This document shows, in pieces, positions 18,749 to 28,118 of a stretch of 64,000 nt of DNA. A program made the position numbers and the translations under genes. Under the pieces are notes generated by a model that saw only the letters and a list, made by a program, of their open reading frames with translations, was not told the DNA's origin and searched no databases. Numbering within the stretch: the stretch's first letter is position 1; every line of letters begins with the position of its first letter. This DNA comes from a virus: IMG/VR virus record IMGVR_UViG_3300005563_000029, positions 32,001-96,000 of that record. The stretch is one strand, 5' to 3'.

Positions 18749-19230
18749 CGCGCACCTGCCGCCATGAGCAGGGCGGTGACGAACAGCCACAGGAGGTGCC
18801 AACTCTGGTCCAGGGCATACGCCCCGGTACCGAGGTGAGGCTGGTCGCCGTGGCCTTCGCGCGGTGCGCCCAGGTTGAAGAAGCCGCCCTTGCCGACCCG
18901 GCCGGCCAGCCACCGCAGGGTGCTGCGCCGGTCGGCCCAGTAGTGCGAGGCGGCGTCAACGCCGATAGCGGCGACCCACCAGCCGGGTCGGATCGGCAGG
19001 CCCGTCACAGCGAACGCCGCCAGGAGCGCGGCGAGCTTTGTCACGGTCAGCGTCGCCACGTGCTTGGCACATGCGGCACGGGCTCCCCAGCCTGCGCCGC
19101 CCTTAGTCAAGGCCTGGGTGTGGGTCTGGATCCAGTGATCGCCGAACTCGTGTGCGGCGTACAACGCCGCGGAAGACACTGCGAACACGGCGGCGGCGGT
19201 CAGGTTCGTGGTTGCGTCCATAACGCCCAT
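18745..19230 (-). CDS. DUF3307-family membrane protein
   Basis: AHEFGDHWIQT...SHYWADRR...LDQSWH. Confidence 0.85.
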   Translation of the reverse strand: MGVMDATTNLTAAAVFAVSSAALYAAHEFGDHWIQTHTQALTKGGAGWGARAACAKHVATLTVTKLAALLAAFAVTGLPIRPGWWVAAIGVDAASHYWADRRSTLRWLAGRVGKGGFFNLGAPREGHGDQPHLGTGAYALDQSWHLLWLFVTALLMAAGAR

Positions 19231-19403
19231 TACGCACCCGCCTTGGTAACGTTCCGCGTTTCTGCGGATTGCTTGGCCGCGATGGCGGCGCGAACGCGGT
19301 CGTTGAACGTGGCGGCCTGCTGCCCGTTGGCGCCGATCAGCGTGGCCATGAGGGCCGCGTTTGCCGGTGCGGTCGCGGAGGCGGTGACGATGCGGGCGTT
19401 CAC
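19230..19403 (-). CDS. Hypothetical protein
   Basis: Coupled ORF. Confidence 0.5.
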   Translation of the reverse strand: MNARIVTASATAPANAALMATLIGANGQQAATFNDRVRAAIAAKQSAETRNVTKAGA

Positions 19404-19615
19404 GACGCACCCCGCACGAGCGTCAGCTTCGCAACGTCCACCTGCGACGGGATCGCGGACAGGACGAACGGGTCCGGGTTGACCTCGACCGTCGCGACGT
19501 CGATGCCGTCGGGGTCGGTCCACAGGGCGGTGATAGTGCCGGTGGCGAGGGTGCGTCCGCCGTTGGTGAAGAAGCTGACGCGGTCGCCGTCGCGGAAGGT
19601 GTGGATGGCGGTCAT
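19400..19615 (-). CDS. SH3-like small protein
   Basis: FRDGDRVSF. Confidence 0.6.
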   Translation of the reverse strand: MTAIHTFRDGDRVSFFTNGGRTLATGTITALWTDPDGIDVATVEVNPDPFVLSAIPSQVDVAKLTLVRGAS

Positions 19616-19914
19616 CGCACGCCTCCACGCTTAACCGTGGCAACCAGCGCCAGCAGCGCCGTGCCGAGCCGCTCCGCGTCTTCCACGGATAGGTACGCCG
19701 CGCCCATGTTGGGTAGGTCGACGAACACGTCCGCGCCTTCCTCGGGGCAGTAGCCGATACCGAGGGTCGCCCAGGCGGTCGTGCCGGAGCTGCGGCCATC
19801 GGTGGTGAAGTCGAGGTGGATGTTGGGGCCGCGACAGACGTTCGGTTCGTCGTCGTGCGCCCTGCACCACTCGGGGTGCGGCGTCGCGGTCTGCGGCGCG
19901 AGAAGCGTGGTCAT
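19612..19914 (-). CDS. DUF6907-like hypothetical protein
   Basis: HPEWCRAH...LSVEDAERLGTALL (recalled pattern). Confidence 0.6.
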   Translation of the reverse strand: MTTLLAPQTATPHPEWCRAHDDEPNVCRGPNIHLDFTTDGRSSGTTAWATLGIGYCPEEGADVFVDLPNMGAAYLSVEDAERLGTALLALVATVKRGGVR

Positions 19915-19943
19915 CAGCGTTGGCCCCTCGTCGTTGGGGAGGT

Positions 19944-20228
19944 CTAGGCCGCGGCCGGCACGGCGTGTGCGGGCTCGGGGTCGCTGTTGTGGTTGGCGCT
20001 GTCCCTCAGGAGCCTCGCGTTGGCGAGGGAGCTGCGGGGGACCAGGAACATTCCGTTGTTCGTGTCGCTGCGCCAGGCGTAGAGCTTCTCGCCGTGGATC
20101 CAGCGCAGGACGGTGGTGTCCGCGACGCCGAGAGCGAATGCGATCTCGCTGACTCGGTAGTGCGGTTCGTCGAGGCCCTCGATGGGGCGCGGTGTGCGTG
20201 CCATGGGCTTCTCCTGCAAGTCCTGCAT
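19944..20228 (-). CDS. Excisionase-like HTH (HTH_17) protein
   Basis: YRVSEIAFALGVADTTVLRWIHGEKLYA. Confidence 0.85.
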   Translation of the reverse strand: MQDLQEKPMARTPRPIEGLDEPHYRVSEIAFALGVADTTVLRWIHGEKLYAWRSDTNNGMFLVPRSSLANARLLRDSANHNSDPEPAHAVPAAA

Positions 20229-20260
20229 CTCGTCCGGTTGGCGGGTGGTGCTTCTCCCAC

Positions 20261-20290
20261 AGCATCGCTAACCTATGCAGTACAAGTCAA
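20261..20290 (-). promoter_or_regulatory. Promoter of transfer operon with putative GntR operator
   Basis: TTGACT-N18-GATGCT; spacer contains AACCTATG (plus strand), also present at 21182 upstream of the GntR gene. Confidence 0.5.
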
Positions 20291-20338
20291 GCGATCTGGT
20301 TAATAGATCTTGAAACTCGTACACGCCGCCGGGCATGC

Positions 20339-20372
20339 AAAAGCCCTGCTCCGGCGAACCGAAGCAGGGCCT
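20339..20372 (-). terminator. Intrinsic terminator after GntR gene
   Basis: GCCCTGCTTCGG...CCGGAGCAGGGC followed by TTTT. Confidence 0.7.
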
Positions 20373-20392
20373 GAAGGGGTGAAGCGCAGGTG

Positions 20393-21148
20393 CTAGGCGT
20401 CCCAGTCGAATTGGAGAACGAACATGGTGGGGTTCATAACCATCTCGTTTACCTCGGTAACACGGCCGGTGTCTGTAAAGGCTGTCCGTGCGGCGCAGAG
20501 CACGTAGGGCACTCGGTGCAGCTCAAGACGCTCGCTCTCGACGTCCGTAGCTTCGCGGGACCAGACCTGCATGCTAAAGGCCGCAACTTCAAAGCCCAGG
20601 TCGCGAAGGCGTCCATAGGTTCCGCCTGGACCTGTATCGGGCTCCATGATTCGACTACCACGAACGATGTCGGCGGGCAGGTAGGAATCGGCAAGCAAGG
20701 CGGCCTGCCCATCGACGAGGTAACGCCGCGATCGCATGCCGGCGTCGGCGGTATCAAGAACCCTTGCAACGCGCTCTGGCGGATCCGCGTAGCCGATCTT
20801 CAGCTGATCGCTCGCGAATTCGCGACCTTCAATGTCGTACTCCCACATCGACTTGCTGTGCTTCCATGCGGAACCGCGGGTCGTCTCAACGCGGACGATC
20901 GGCTTGAAGTCGCGAAGCCGCTGGTACTCGCGTACATCGCGCACGAAAACACCACTGCCCTTGCGGGACTCGGTAAGACCTTCAGCGTCAAGCAGCGCCA
21001 AAGCGCGCCGAACCATGCCGCGGGACAGGTCCCACTGGTCAATAAGGTCGGACTCACTAGGGAGCTTGGCGCCAACAGCGTATTCGCCAGCAAGGATCTT
21101 GCTGCGGAGGTCTTCCGCAAGCTGCCGGTACCTCGGCCCCTCGGCCAC
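20393..21148 (-). CDS. GntR/HutC-family regulator with UTRA domain (KorSA-like)
   Basis: PRYRQLAEDLRSKI..GEYAVGAKLPSESDL...SRGMVRRAL; C-terminal UTRA. Confidence 0.92.
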   Translation of the reverse strand: MAEGPRYRQLAEDLRSKILAGEYAVGAKLPSESDLIDQWDLSRGMVRRALALLDAEGLTESRKGSGVFVRDVREYQRLRDFKPIVRVETTRGSAWKHSKSMWEYDIEGREFASDQLKIGYADPPERVARVLDTADAGMRSRRYLVDGQAALLADSYLPADIVRGSRIMEPDTGPGGTYGRLRDLGFEVAAFSMQVWSREATDVESERLELHRVPYVLCAARTAFTDTGRVTEVNEMVMNPTMFVLQFDWDA

Positions 21149-21277
21149 CGAACCACTCCCACCTCTATGCATAAGATCAACAACCTATGTAGAGAGGTTA
21201 GCAAGACCGCTGTACAGGTTGCCAGGTGGCAGGGCCGAATGCGGCATCCAGCCAGCGGTACCTCGCCGCTGGTCGAG

Positions 21278-21535
21278 TCACCCCAGCCACGTGATCTGGG
21301 TGACGTGGACCTCGGCAAGATGCTCCAGGATCACGAAGGTAATGAAGCCGCGGCCTTCAGCAAAGGAGACGATGCGCTGCACGTGGTGCGAGTCCGTCGA
21401 CTCGTCCGGCCGTCGCTGGAAGTTCCATGGGTCGGCGCTGACCAACACGACCGTCTCTACCAGATCATCAATCGCCTCGTAGGGGATCAAAATCAGCTGC
21501 GCCTGGGCGGCGGGGCTGAACTCAGAGTTGTACAC
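21278..21535 (-). CDS. RelE/ParE-like toxin candidate
   Basis: YNSEFSPAAQAQL...DPW...VHVTQITWLG; 85 aa; downstream of DUF6247-like gene. Confidence 0.65.
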   Translation of the reverse strand: MYNSEFSPAAQAQLILIPYEAIDDLVETVVLVSADPWNFQRRPDESTDSHHVQRIVSFAEGRGFITFVILEHLAEVHVTQITWLG

Positions 21536-21541
21536 CGCAGG

Positions 21542-21928
21542 TCAGCGAAACACCATCACGGACCGAAGCTTGTCCAACTGAACCTTCGAGGCGCCCTTTG
21601 CTTCAAGGATCGCCAGCACCTCGTTTGGGTCGGCTCGCTCACTGTCCGGGACGCCGTTGCGGGCGTAGTCGTCCCACTTCGCCAGGAAAGCCCTGTGCTT
21701 CACCGGGTCACACCAGACCGCGGCCTCAAGTCGCCAGCGCTTCAGCATTTCGTTCAGCGGGGCGAGACTGTCGGACTCCTTGGCTTCGGCAACCGCCCGG
21801 TCAAGGGCCGAATTGAACCGCTCAAGCAATCCTGGTTCAGCAGCGTTGACCAGCACTGCCCGGATCGCAGCCGGCGTGGCTGCAGGTACAGACATCACCT
21901 TCGGACTGTGGATCGGCTGGGCTGACAT
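21542..21928 (-). CDS. DUF6247-like putative antitoxin
   Basis: MSAQP...TPAAIRAVL...F...LDRA...A....SLAPL..MLKRW. Confidence 0.7.
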   Translation of the reverse strand: MSAQPIHSPKVMSVPAATPAAIRAVLVNAAEPGLLERFNSALDRAVAEAKESDSLAPLNEMLKRWRLEAAVWCDPVKHRAFLAKWDDYARNGVPDSERADPNEVLAILEAKGASKVQLDKLRSVMVFR

Positions 21929-22055
21929 GCGTCCAACGTTACGACGCCACGCCACATCTGTCAGCATCACCTGGTGCTTTGGTGGGTGCACTTTTCTGCA
22001 CGAGCTGCTGGTGAAGTCCAGCTTCTGTGCGCCGGCAACGGACGGGATCCCGGCC

Positions 22056-22451
22056 CTAGCCACAAGCCGCCCCTGCCTGCGCCTGAACCCGCTTCAGCGG
22101 CGCCGCGGGAACGGCGTTGACGTCGTAACCCGGATTGTCGGCCAGCCAAGCTGCCTGCGTGCAGAACCCCGGGTCCTTCGAGGTCTCCGCCGCGAGGTTG
22201 CTGAACGCGAGCGTGCAGTTCTGCAAGTTCACCCCGCCGAGTTGCTGTGCCGTCGCGGGCTGGCCCGGAACGATCACGCGTTCGATGATGTCGCCTTGCG
22301 ACTTCAGGTTGCATGTGGCCGGCGGCTGCGAACTGCTGGTGTCGTCGACCGCGGCCTGACTGGTCGGCGCTGCGGCGGGGCTGCTGGTGCTGCTGGAACA
22401 GCCAGCCAGCAGCAATACGGCACCTGCAACGGCAAGAACGGATGTGCGCAC
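22056..22451 (-). CDS. Lipoprotein
   Basis: Lipobox LLAGC after signal peptide. Confidence 0.8.
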   Translation of the reverse strand: MRTSVLAVAGAVLLLAGCSSSTSSPAAAPTSQAAVDDTSSSQPPATCNLKSQGDIIERVIVPGQPATAQQLGGVNLQNCTLAFSNLAAETSKDPGFCTQAAWLADNPGYDVNAVPAAPLKRVQAQAGAACG

Positions 22452-22502
22452 GGATCCCCCCAGGGCGTGTGTGTCGTGCAGAACGAGAAGGTGAAGAACG
22501 AG

Positions 22503-22733
22503 CTACAGCCCGAACGCCTGCTTCACCTGGGCCCGCTGCTTGCCGGACAAGCCGCGGTTCACCACGTACCGGCGGCCGTCGGTGGTGGCAACGGTGACAC
22601 GGCCGAGCTGGCGGCTCACTGCGGAGATCTGCGTCCGCAGCACCACGACCTCGGCCGGTCCGAGGTGGACTCCGGTGCGCTTCAAGACCACGGCTTGGTC
22701 GTTGAATCTCGCCACGTTGTAGGCGTCGGCCAT
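22503..22733 (-). CDS. Hypothetical protein
   Basis: RBS GAGGGG. Confidence 0.55.
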   Translation of the reverse strand: MADAYNVARFNDQAVVLKRTGVHLGPAEVVVLRTQISAVSRQLGRVTVATTDGRRYVVNRGLSGKQRAQVKQAFGL

Positions 22734-23107
22734 GTGGTTCCCCCTCGGGCGGTGTGCCGGTGGCACGTCAGGCGATCAGCTTATGAACGGCCGCCGGGGG
22801 CGTCACTGGGCGTGTCCGGATCGTTGCTGATCAGTTCTCGGATTCGCTGGGTGGGGGACGGGCGATGGTCAAGGGGTCGCAAAGGCGCTCCGGGGCAGGT
22901 CAGAGTCGGTGGTTTAGGACATGAAGGGCTGCCGAAGTCGCTAAGATATATCAGTACACAAACGCCAAAACCGGGCCCGAAGGCCCGGTCTCGGAACGGC
23001 GAGTTCGCAGCTCGCCGTGAAGCTCTCCCGCCCCATCACAAGCAAGGAGTTCGCGTGACGCGTCTCTACACAATAGCCCATATCACCGCCCCTATGGGGA
23101 GGAACCG

Positions 23108-24124
23108 GTGATCACGGCCTCACCCATTCCCGAGGGCGTTGGCTGGGGCCCCGCCGTGCACTCCACGTCTCGCGACGTTCGTATCTCGCGCCGCGCGCTG
23201 GGGACTCTGGTGGAGTTGCTCAGCTACCCGCCGGGCTGGGACATGAACGCCGACAAGCTCGCCAAGCTCGGGCGTGAGGGTCGCGAAGCCACGCGCAAGG
23301 CAATGCGGGAGCTTGAGGATGCCGGCTACGTGATCCACCTGGTGTACCGGGGGACCGGCGGACGGATGCTGACTGCTTCGTTCGCAGGCAACACGCCGGA
23401 AGTTGCCAGGTCTTTGGCGGACGCCTGGTTGGAGGAGAACGCCCATCTCAACGCAAAGCAAAAGCCCAGCTCGCACCGAGGTACGGCAGACCGGGCGTCG
23501 GTAGACCAGGCGTCGGGTAACCGGGCGTCGGCTGACCGGACGTCGGTGGATCGGGCGTCTTCTATAAGACAGACAGAAGAAACTGACAGAAAGACTGACT
23601 CCAAGACAGACGAGAACACTGTGCGGGTTGCGGCTTCGCCGCAACCGAAGAGTTTTGGGTCAGAAGCGATCAACGACGGAACGGCAGCTGCGGCAGGCGG
23701 CGCCTCCGGCGGGGGCACCGCTGGCGCGGCGCCGACACAACTGATTGTTGTTGAAGAAGATTCGAACGACCTCGAACGACGGACCGCCGCTGTGGACCGT
23801 CGTCTTGCCTGCAACCGGTACATCGAACTGGTCTGGCACCTCAGCGACGAGGCTGTAACCGGCGTCATCGAGGAGCTTTTCAACACCAAGCCTCGAATGT
23901 GGCGCTGGGCACACAACGCCATGTGCGAGCACTACGGCTTGCCGCGGATCAAGAGCGAGTACGACGACTACGAGGCTCCGCCGACGCCAAAGCATGCGCG
24001 CATGGTGTACGAGAAGGCGCTGCGCCTGTCGTCGAAGAACTCTGACTGGGAGGACATCCTGGTTGATCCGCTTAACACCCTGAACCGCCCCGATCGGCCG
24101 CCGTCGTGGGCCGGCGCGGCCTAA
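23108..24124 (+). CDS. Replication initiator (HTH, lambda O/DnaD-like architecture)
   Basis: ISRRALGTLVELLSYPPGWDMNADKLAK...EGREATRKAMRELEDAGYV; internal 5-aa repeats. Confidence 0.8.
   Translation: MITASPIPEGVGWGPAVHSTSRDVRISRRALGTLVELLSYPPGWDMNADKLAKLGREGREATRKAMRELEDAGYVIHLVYRGTGGRMLTASFAGNTPEVARSLADAWLEENAHLNAKQKPSSHRGTADRASVDQASGNRASADRTSVDRASSIRQTEETDRKTDSKTDENTVRVAASPQPKSFGSEAINDGTAAAAGGASGGGTAGAAPTQLIVVEEDSNDLERRTAAVDRRLACNRYIELVWHLSDEAVTGVIEELFNTKPRMWRWAHNAMCEHYGLPRIKSEYDDYEAPPTPKHARMVYEKALRLSSKNSDWEDILVDPLNTLNRPDRPPSWAGAA
23489..23620 (+). repeat. Putative origin: five 15-bp iteron-like repeats plus A-rich tract
   Basis: GACCGGGCGTCGGTA / GACCAGGCGTCGGGT / AACCGGGCGTCGGCT / GACCGGACGTCGGTG / GATCGGGCGTC, then TTCTATAAGACAGACAGAAGAAACTGACAGAAAGACTGAC. 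Confidence 0.65.
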
Positions 24125-24137
24125 CCGAAGGAGCGCT

Positions 24138-25037
24138 ATGTTCGACCTCGATTCTGACTACGAACCCGCGCCCGATCCCGGGCCGGCACTGTTTCCCGAA
24201 CCGAAACGGGACTACACGCTGCTCAGCCTGGATTCGCTGCCCGAGCCCGTCTGGGCCGATGTCGCATCCGAGTACCCGCTGCCAATGCGATGGCCCGTAG
24301 GTCGTGAAGAGGTCTACCGCCTGTATGGACCACACGGCGTCCTGCTGTACGTCGGACGATCCGTTCAGACCGGCGTCCGGCTGGAAACTCACGAAGCGAC
24401 GAAGCCGTGGTGGCCGCTGGTTGAAAACGTCACCATCCAACGGGAGTTCCCACTTGGCTCGTTTGAGATGGAGGAGTACAACGCGATCCTTACCGAGTTC
24501 CCGGTGTTCAACATCGATGGCGTTCCGTGGCGCAAGATCAAGCTGTCGGGGCGCCCGGTTGAGATGGACCGGCTGCGCAACCGGGTGCTGATTGCAAACG
24601 CCGTGAAGTGCCTGGATGACGATGCGGTCGAAGGTCGGCTTGCGGTTCTTCGCATAGCCCAGCCCGAGATGTTCGATGCCTACGACGACGACCCGCACGT
24701 GATGAAGTTCCGGTGGGCACCCGGGGAGTGGGACAGGACCACGCTCATCAAGGCCGAGGAGCGGTACTTCGAGGCGTTCGTTGCTGCCTACCGAGGCACG
24801 GACTGGCCTCGGTGGGGTATTGGCTCGACAATCCCCATTGACCGGCGCCGACTGGAATGGGTGCTGAAGTCGCCTCGGCCGCCGCTTTGGTGGGGTCGGG
24901 ATTGGTGGGGAACTGGGCCGGCTGGTGTGGTGCCGCCATATGCCGAGCCTGGAGACTTCCATGAGTTCCGTGATGAAACCTACGGTGTTGGCGATCTTGC
25001 CATGGCTGTTCAGTCCGCAGTCGGCCAGGAGGCCTAG
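24138..25037 (+). CDS. GIY-YIG nuclease domain protein
   Basis: VYRLYGPHGVLLYVGRS...RLETH..TKPWW...E..AI..EFPVFN. Confidence 0.85.
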   Translation: MFDLDSDYEPAPDPGPALFPEPKRDYTLLSLDSLPEPVWADVASEYPLPMRWPVGREEVYRLYGPHGVLLYVGRSVQTGVRLETHEATKPWWPLVENVTIQREFPLGSFEMEEYNAILTEFPVFNIDGVPWRKIKLSGRPVEMDRLRNRVLIANAVKCLDDDAVEGRLAVLRIAQPEMFDAYDDDPHVMKFRWAPGEWDRTTLIKAEERYFEAFVAAYRGTDWPRWGIGSTIPIDRRRLEWVLKSPRPPLWWGRDWWGTGPAGVVPPYAEPGDFHEFRDETYGVGDLAMAVQSAVGQEA

Positions 25038-25039
25038 CC

Positions 25040-25882
25040 GTGCCGTTCACCACCGACCCGTCCCGCTGGTACTACAGCGGCGAGCACCGCAGCACCTACA
25101 CCGACAAGCTTCAGCCCGGCGACATCATCGTCGCGAAACGCCGCCCGTACCGGATCCGCGAGATCAAGCCGCGCCCGCACGTCAACTGGGGCGAGGAGTA
25201 CCTGGCCGCGTGGGAGAAGTCCGGCCAGCCGGACCCGGAAACGTGGTGGCACCGGCCGTTCGTGTTGGTGCTGACCGAGGAGGACAAGCCGAACTCGAAG
25301 CGGGAGTTCCACTGCGAGGCTGCCGGGTCGCAGTACTGGACGGTGCTGCCGGAGCACTACGCCGTGTGCCGGCTGTGCGGGGAGCTGCCGCCGTGTAGGG
25401 ACGTCCACACCGATGCGGTGGTGGAGCACGCAACGGCGAAGATGAACGAGGCGATGCAGATCCTGCCCGGCGCCTGCCATGCCTGCCGCGAGCAGATTAG
25501 GCCGCGTCAGGGTTCGATCCGTTTCGAGGGCGAGAACCTGATCCGCCCGGACCTCGGGAACAACTCCGCGGTGTTTCACACCCGGCGGCAATGCTTCGGT
25601 GCGGCGTTCGACTACGACAAGAAGTGGGCTGTGGCCGAGCCGGGCCGGCGGGGGAAGCTGCACTGTGTCGGGCTGGTCGTTCACCACTTTGACGGCTCCA
25701 ACGAGTGCTCTCTTGGAGTGGGCTGCGCGGGCCCGATGGACGCGCTGGGGGAGTGGATGCGGCACCGCGGCGGCGAGACGTGGCACAGCGCTGGCCGCGG
25801 CTACGCGGACGACTGCTGGTGCACGTCCGGTGGGGAACGGCCCGCTTCGGTGGTCGTGGCCGACGACAAGACGCTGTTCTGA
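25040..25882 (+). CDS. Hypothetical Zn-binding protein
   Basis: EHYAVCRLCGELPPC, CHACRE. Confidence 0.75.
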   Translation: MPFTTDPSRWYYSGEHRSTYTDKLQPGDIIVAKRRPYRIREIKPRPHVNWGEEYLAAWEKSGQPDPETWWHRPFVLVLTEEDKPNSKREFHCEAAGSQYWTVLPEHYAVCRLCGELPPCRDVHTDAVVEHATAKMNEAMQILPGACHACREQIRPRQGSIRFEGENLIRPDLGNNSAVFHTRRQCFGAAFDYDKKWAVAEPGRRGKLHCVGLVVHHFDGSNECSLGVGCAGPMDALGEWMRHRGGETWHSAGRGYADDCWCTSGGERPASVVVADDKTLF

Positions 25883-25957
25883 CCTGCTGTCGCGCTCAGT
25901 TTTAACGCCCAGCCCCAGCACCCCGAACGCAAGGCACCATTGACTGAAGGAGGAGCC

Positions 25958-26479
25958 ATGGCTCGCGGAAAGTACGCGGTGAAGTCCGCGCAGAACCGTG
26001 CCGAGAACGCCGGGCTGCGCGCCGAGCACCTGAAGCAGGACCTGGACGACGAACGCAAGCAGCACGCGGTTGAGGTGTCCGCACTGAAGGCGACGGTCGA
26101 GAAGCTGTCGGCACAGCTGACTGGCGCCGTCGCGGATCTGGCGGCCGAGGAGGTGCGGCGCGTCGAAGCCAACTGCGCCGAGCAGATCCGGGCCGAACGC
26201 GACCGGCACCGCGATGCCGCGTTGGAGTCGTTCCGCCGTATCGGCAAGGCGATCGTGTTCCACGCGCCGAGCAACACCTGGCACATCCCGGGCGATGACG
26301 TTCGGGTACTAATCGGGGAGCTGGCGAAGCTGTTCGATGTTCCGGCAGGCGAGGCCGATGAGGCTGCTGCCCGCCAGGCCGGCGCGGGCACGACACGGGA
26401 TCAGCGGCGTGCGGATGCGAAGCGGCACAAGGCTTCGGCGACGGGCCAGCAGTACGTGGTGCTGCGGGGTGTGCGGTGA
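25958..26479 (+). CDS. Coiled-coil hypothetical protein
   Basis: RBS GGAGGAG. Confidence 0.7.
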   Translation: MARGKYAVKSAQNRAENAGLRAEHLKQDLDDERKQHAVEVSALKATVEKLSAQLTGAVADLAAEEVRRVEANCAEQIRAERDRHRDAALESFRRIGKAIVFHAPSNTWHIPGDDVRVLIGELAKLFDVPAGEADEAAARQAGAGTTRDQRRADAKRHKASATGQQYVVLRGVR

Positions 26480-26901
26480 GCCTGAAGGATCAGCCCATCG
26501 AGCGTTTTGTGATACGCGACGGCGGCGTGTGCGGGCTGTGCGGTGTTGTCGTGAACTCTGGCGAGGCCACCCGGGACCATGTGATCCCTGCGAGCCTGGG
26601 CGGTGCCAGGTCACGCCACAACCTGCGGCTGGCCCACAGGGTGTGCAACGAGGCCCGTGCGGATGCTTTCCCGAGTGGGGAGTTCCGGGGCATTTCCGAG
26701 GAGACGCAGCGCATCGTGTGGCGGCGCGACCGCGGCCGGTGCCACAGCTGCCGTGCAACGGAAGGGCTGCTGTTCCACCGCCCGCTCGGTCGTCATGCGG
26801 TCCGGCCGTGGTTGGTGCTGGTCTTGTGCACAACCTGTGCGGCGGCGCGGCGGAAGACACGGAACCAGCGGAAGCTCACCACCATCATCAAGGAGAACTG
26901 A
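26476..26901 (+). CDS. HNH endonuclease with second degenerate HNH
   Basis: RDGGVCGLCG...DHVIPASLGG...NLRLAHRVCN; then RDRGRCHSC...LCTTC. Confidence 0.88.
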   Translation: MSLKDQPIERFVIRDGGVCGLCGVVVNSGEATRDHVIPASLGGARSRHNLRLAHRVCNEARADAFPSGEFRGISEETQRIVWRRDRGRCHSCRATEGLLFHRPLGRHAVRPWLVLVLCTTCAAARRKTRNQRKLTTIIKEN

Positions 26902-26902
26902 C

Positions 26903-27739
26903 ATGGCCCCCTGGCACACCTACAACGACGCGAACCACGTCTACGAGAACGAAGACGCCGTGGCGGTCCTCGACGGCCGCGAAATTCTGGGCGAGTGGGT
27001 GCTGACCCACCCCACGCGAGGCCAGGCGATGATCCGCCTGTGGGAGAACGGCGAGGACGTGCACGTCTGGCACGGCGAAGGCGTCGGCTTCGACCACTGC
27101 CCGGACCAGGCCGACTCGTATCCCGGCGGCTGGGCGTACATCAGGGACGAGCTGCTGCCCGAGCTGGTCGGCGAGGGCTACGCGGTGGACGCGGCGCTGG
27201 TGTCGGAGAGCCTGACGGATGAGCAGCCGACCATCATCGGCGCAGGCAGCCCCGAGACGTCCGCACTCACCCACTGCCCGGAGTGCGGCTCGGCAGAGTG
27301 GCTCGACGACGGCCGCCGCGGCTGGAACGCGGTTGACGTCGAGTGCGAGGTCTGCGCGGGCACCTACGATGACGGGCCCGATGATACGGATGAACCGGTG
27401 ATTGCCGAGCCGACGCCGTGGTGGGAACTGTCCGGCATTGAGCGTGCGATCGCCAAGTACAAGCAGTGCGAGGAACCCGGCGACTGCGACCACGACCACG
27501 ACGACGCGATCGAGTACTTCCGCGAGCAGGAGCTGAACGGGCTGCGGGAGCGCGCGGAGAAGGCCGAGGCCAAGGCGGCTGATCTCAACGCCATGTTGGC
27601 GCTGTACGTGACCCGCTTCGGCAACCACGTGTTTTCGCAGGCGGACATGGCCCGCGCCGGTGTGCTGCTCATGACCGACGCCGAGCTGGCCGAACTTGCG
27701 CAATCGTCGGTACACAGCGAAGGAAGCGACGATGCCTGA
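26903..27739 (+). CDS. Hypothetical protein
   Basis: RBS AAGGAG; CxxC motifs. Confidence 0.7.
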   Translation: MAPWHTYNDANHVYENEDAVAVLDGREILGEWVLTHPTRGQAMIRLWENGEDVHVWHGEGVGFDHCPDQADSYPGGWAYIRDELLPELVGEGYAVDAALVSESLTDEQPTIIGAGSPETSALTHCPECGSAEWLDDGRRGWNAVDVECEVCAGTYDDGPDDTDEPVIAEPTPWWELSGIERAIAKYKQCEEPGDCDHDHDDAIEYFREQELNGLRERAEKAEAKAADLNAMLALYVTRFGNHVFSQADMARAGVLLMTDAELAELAQSSVHSEGSDDA

Positions 27740-28118
27740 GCAGACCTCAACCCTGCCGTTCACGGCGGACGGCACCACCGTCCACGCCCGCGCCACCACG
27801 TACTCCGTCAGTTGCCTGCCGGACGACCCGGTTGATGGCAACTCCTGGGAGATTGCGGTTGAGTTCCGCGGCGGCGTCACTATCGACGGCGAGCCGCGCC
27901 CGCTGGACAGGCAGTGGGCTGTGATCTTCCGTGGCCTCTGGCACCTCAGCCATGACGGGACTTGGGATCTACGGGGCGACCAGTCCGACGACGAGTGGCT
28001 CGCTACACACCGTTTCGATCTGGAGACGGCGCTGCGGGTGGCGGCCGAGCAGGCGCCGCTGGTGAAGGTGAGCGGGATGACGGCGGCGGATCTGTTGGCG
28101 TGGAGGGCTGAGCAGTGA
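27732..28118 (+). CDS. Conserved actinophage hypothetical protein
   Basis: WLATHRFDLETALRVA. Confidence 0.7.
   Translation: MPEQTSTLPFTADGTTVHARATTYSVSCLPDDPVDGNSWEIAVEFRGGVTIDGEPRPLDRQWAVIFRGLWHLSHDGTWDLRGDQSDDEWLATHRFDLETALRVAAEQAPLVKVSGMTAADLLAWRAEQ

Noticed and set aside
20390-23111. Long plus-strand ORFs (20390-21925, 21780-23111) and similar long antisense ORFs elsewhere
   Set aside because: They are shadows of recognisable minus-strand genes in high-GC DNA, with no motifs.
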